A stretch of DNA of 64,000 bases from Alphaproteobacteria bacterium. GTDB taxonomy: Bacteria > Pseudomonadota > Alphaproteobacteria > SP197. Below, in pieces: positions 62,588 through 64,000 of the stretch; within the stretch, counting starts at the first letter, position 1; each line of letters begins with the position of its first letter. Below the pieces are notes generated by a model that did not search any database, was not told the origin of the DNA, and saw only the letters and a program-made list of their open reading frames with translations. The stretch covers positions 1,472,001 to 1,536,000 of the forward strand of contig OZ219920.1 in assembly GCA_964291415.2 (NCBI GenBank). The letters are read 5' to 3'. The position numbers were made by a program, and so were the translations under genes.

Positions 62588-64000
62588 ATGGCAAAGCGCC
62601 CCAACATTCTCTTCATCATGGTCGATCAACTCGCGCCGCAGGTGCTGTCGGCCTATGGCGGGACGGGAGTAGAGACCCCGCATCTCGATCGCCTTGCCGG
62701 GACGGGGGTGGTGTTCGAGAACGCCTACTGCAATTTTCCGCTGTGCGCGCCTGCGCGGTTTTCGATGCTGAGCGGGCGTCTGCCGTCGAGGATCGGCGCG
62801 TTTGACAACGCTGTCGAGTTTCCGGCCTCCACGCCGACCGTCCACCACTACCTTCGCGTTGCCGGCTACCGCACCTGTCTTGCCGGCAAGATGCACTTCG
62901 TCGGCCCCGACCAGCTCCATGGATACGAAGAGCGTGTCACGACCGATGTCTACCCTGCCGACTTCCTTTGGTCGCCGGACTGGAGTCTCGACGACGAGAG
63001 CTGGCTTGAGTGGTACCACAGCATGCACGCGGTCCTCGAAGCCGGACCGCACCGGCGAAGCGTGAACATTGCCTACGACGACGAGGTCGAATTCGAGGCC
63101 ATTCGCTGGCTCCATGAGCATGCCGACAGCGGCGATGAACGCCCCTTTGCACTCACGACCTCCTTCATCTCACCCCATGACCCCTACCTTGCGCCGCCCC
63201 TGTGGTGGGAGAAGTACCGGAATGCCGAAATCGATCCACCCCGGGTTCCGGACATCCCACTCAGTGAGCGCGATCCGCACAGCCGGCGGCACTGGTTTCT
63301 GACCGGGCGGCATCTCACCGAAATCAGCGAGGCGGACGTCATGCGCATGCGGCGCGCCTACTTTGCGGTCACAAGCTATGTTGACGCGAAAGTCGGCAGA
63401 CTGCTGGCGGCGCTGGACGAGATCGGCGCGGCGGACGACACTCTCGTCGTCTTCACCTCCGATCACGGCGATTCGCTCGGCGAGCGCGGTCTGTTCTTCA
63501 AGATGTCGTTCTTCGAATGGTCGGTCCGGGTTCCCCTCATCGTGCACGCACCGTTTGCCTTCGCTCCGCGCCGGGTGGCGACCAACGTTTCCCACATCGA
63601 TCTCCTCCCCACTCTGCTGGACGTGGCGTGCGACGGCGCGCCTCCGGAGTTGGCGACGCCGATTGACGGCCTCTCGCTGGCGCCACTGGCGTCGAACAGT
63701 GGCGATGATGGGCCCGAACTCGTCTGTGCGGAGTACACGGCCGAAGGCGTGCAAGCACCGCTGTTGATGGTGCGCAAGGGGCCCTGGAAGCTGGTCTCGT
63801 GTCCCACCGACCCGCCGCTTCTATTCGACCTCGACGCAGACCCGGACGAACTCTGCAACCTCGCGGAACGCCCTGACCACGCCCACGTGCGCGCCGAACT
63901 GGAAGCGGCCGTCAACAGGACCTGGAACATCCAGGCACTCGACACCGCTGTGCGCCAGAGCCAGTCTGCGCGGCGCCTGGTCGGCGCTGCCCTCGATACC
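62588..64000 (+). CDS. betC: Choline-sulfatase (3' end runs off the window)
   Basis: Manual translation MAKRPNILFIMVDQL; CAPAR sulfatase motif, GKMHFVGPDQLHG, HPHDPY, SDHGD. Confidence 0.88.
   Translation, partial: MAKRPNILFIMVDQLAPQVLSAYGGTGVETPHLDRLAGTGVVFENAYCNFPLCAPARFSMLSGRLPSRIGAFDNAVEFPASTPTVHHYLRVAGYRTCLAGKMHFVGPDQLHGYEERVTTDVYPADFLWSPDWSLDDESWLEWYHSMHAVLEAGPHRRSVNIAYDDEVEFEAIRWLHEHADSGDERPFALTTSFISPHDPYLAPPLWWEKYRNAEIDPPRVPDIPLSERDPHSRRHWFLTGRHLTEISEADVMRMRRAYFAVTSYVDAKVGRLLAALDEIGAADDTLVVFTSDHGDSLGERGLFFKMSFFEWSVRVPLIVHAPFAFAPRRVATNVSHIDLLPTLLDVACDGAPPELATPIDGLSLAPLASNSGDDGPELVCAEYTAEGVQAPLLMVRKGPWKLVSCPTDPPLLFDLDADPDELCNLAERPDHAHVRAELEAAVNRTWNIQALDTAVRQSQSARRLVGAALDT

Overview
GC-rich alphaproteobacterial chromosome segment (Rhodospirillales-like by gene order; taxonomy is inference). 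It is mostly core genes: the str/rpoBC/L10/L11/nusG/secE/tuf cluster with tRNAs, gor, gabD, glmSU, the Fo ATP synthase operon, gcvTHP(AB) under a tandem glycine riboswitch, the yebC-ruvCAB-tol/pal-tilS-ftsH-folP-glmM run, trcR and a partial choline-sulfatase. One ~8.7 kb accessory patch (17.6-26.3 kb, between rlmB and tRNA-Thr) holds a HigA remnant, a histidine ammonia-lyase-like protein lacking the MIO-forming Ala-Ser-Gly, an orphan Tat-exported ABC solute-binding protein, an AAA/DUF4143 ATPase, a rubredoxin-MBL fusion, a class II aldolase and a RES-Xre toxin-antitoxin pair. The strongest observations are (1) a 1611-aa RpoB whose lineage-specific beta-i4/SI1 insertion appears triplicated (~233 extra aa) and which also has Glu at the rifampicin-contact position D516; (2) the MIO-less lyase paired with a solute-binding protein; (3) an agmatine deiminase broken by a 14-nt insertion copied from nearby sequence. 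All assignments were made by eye from motifs; no database searches were run.
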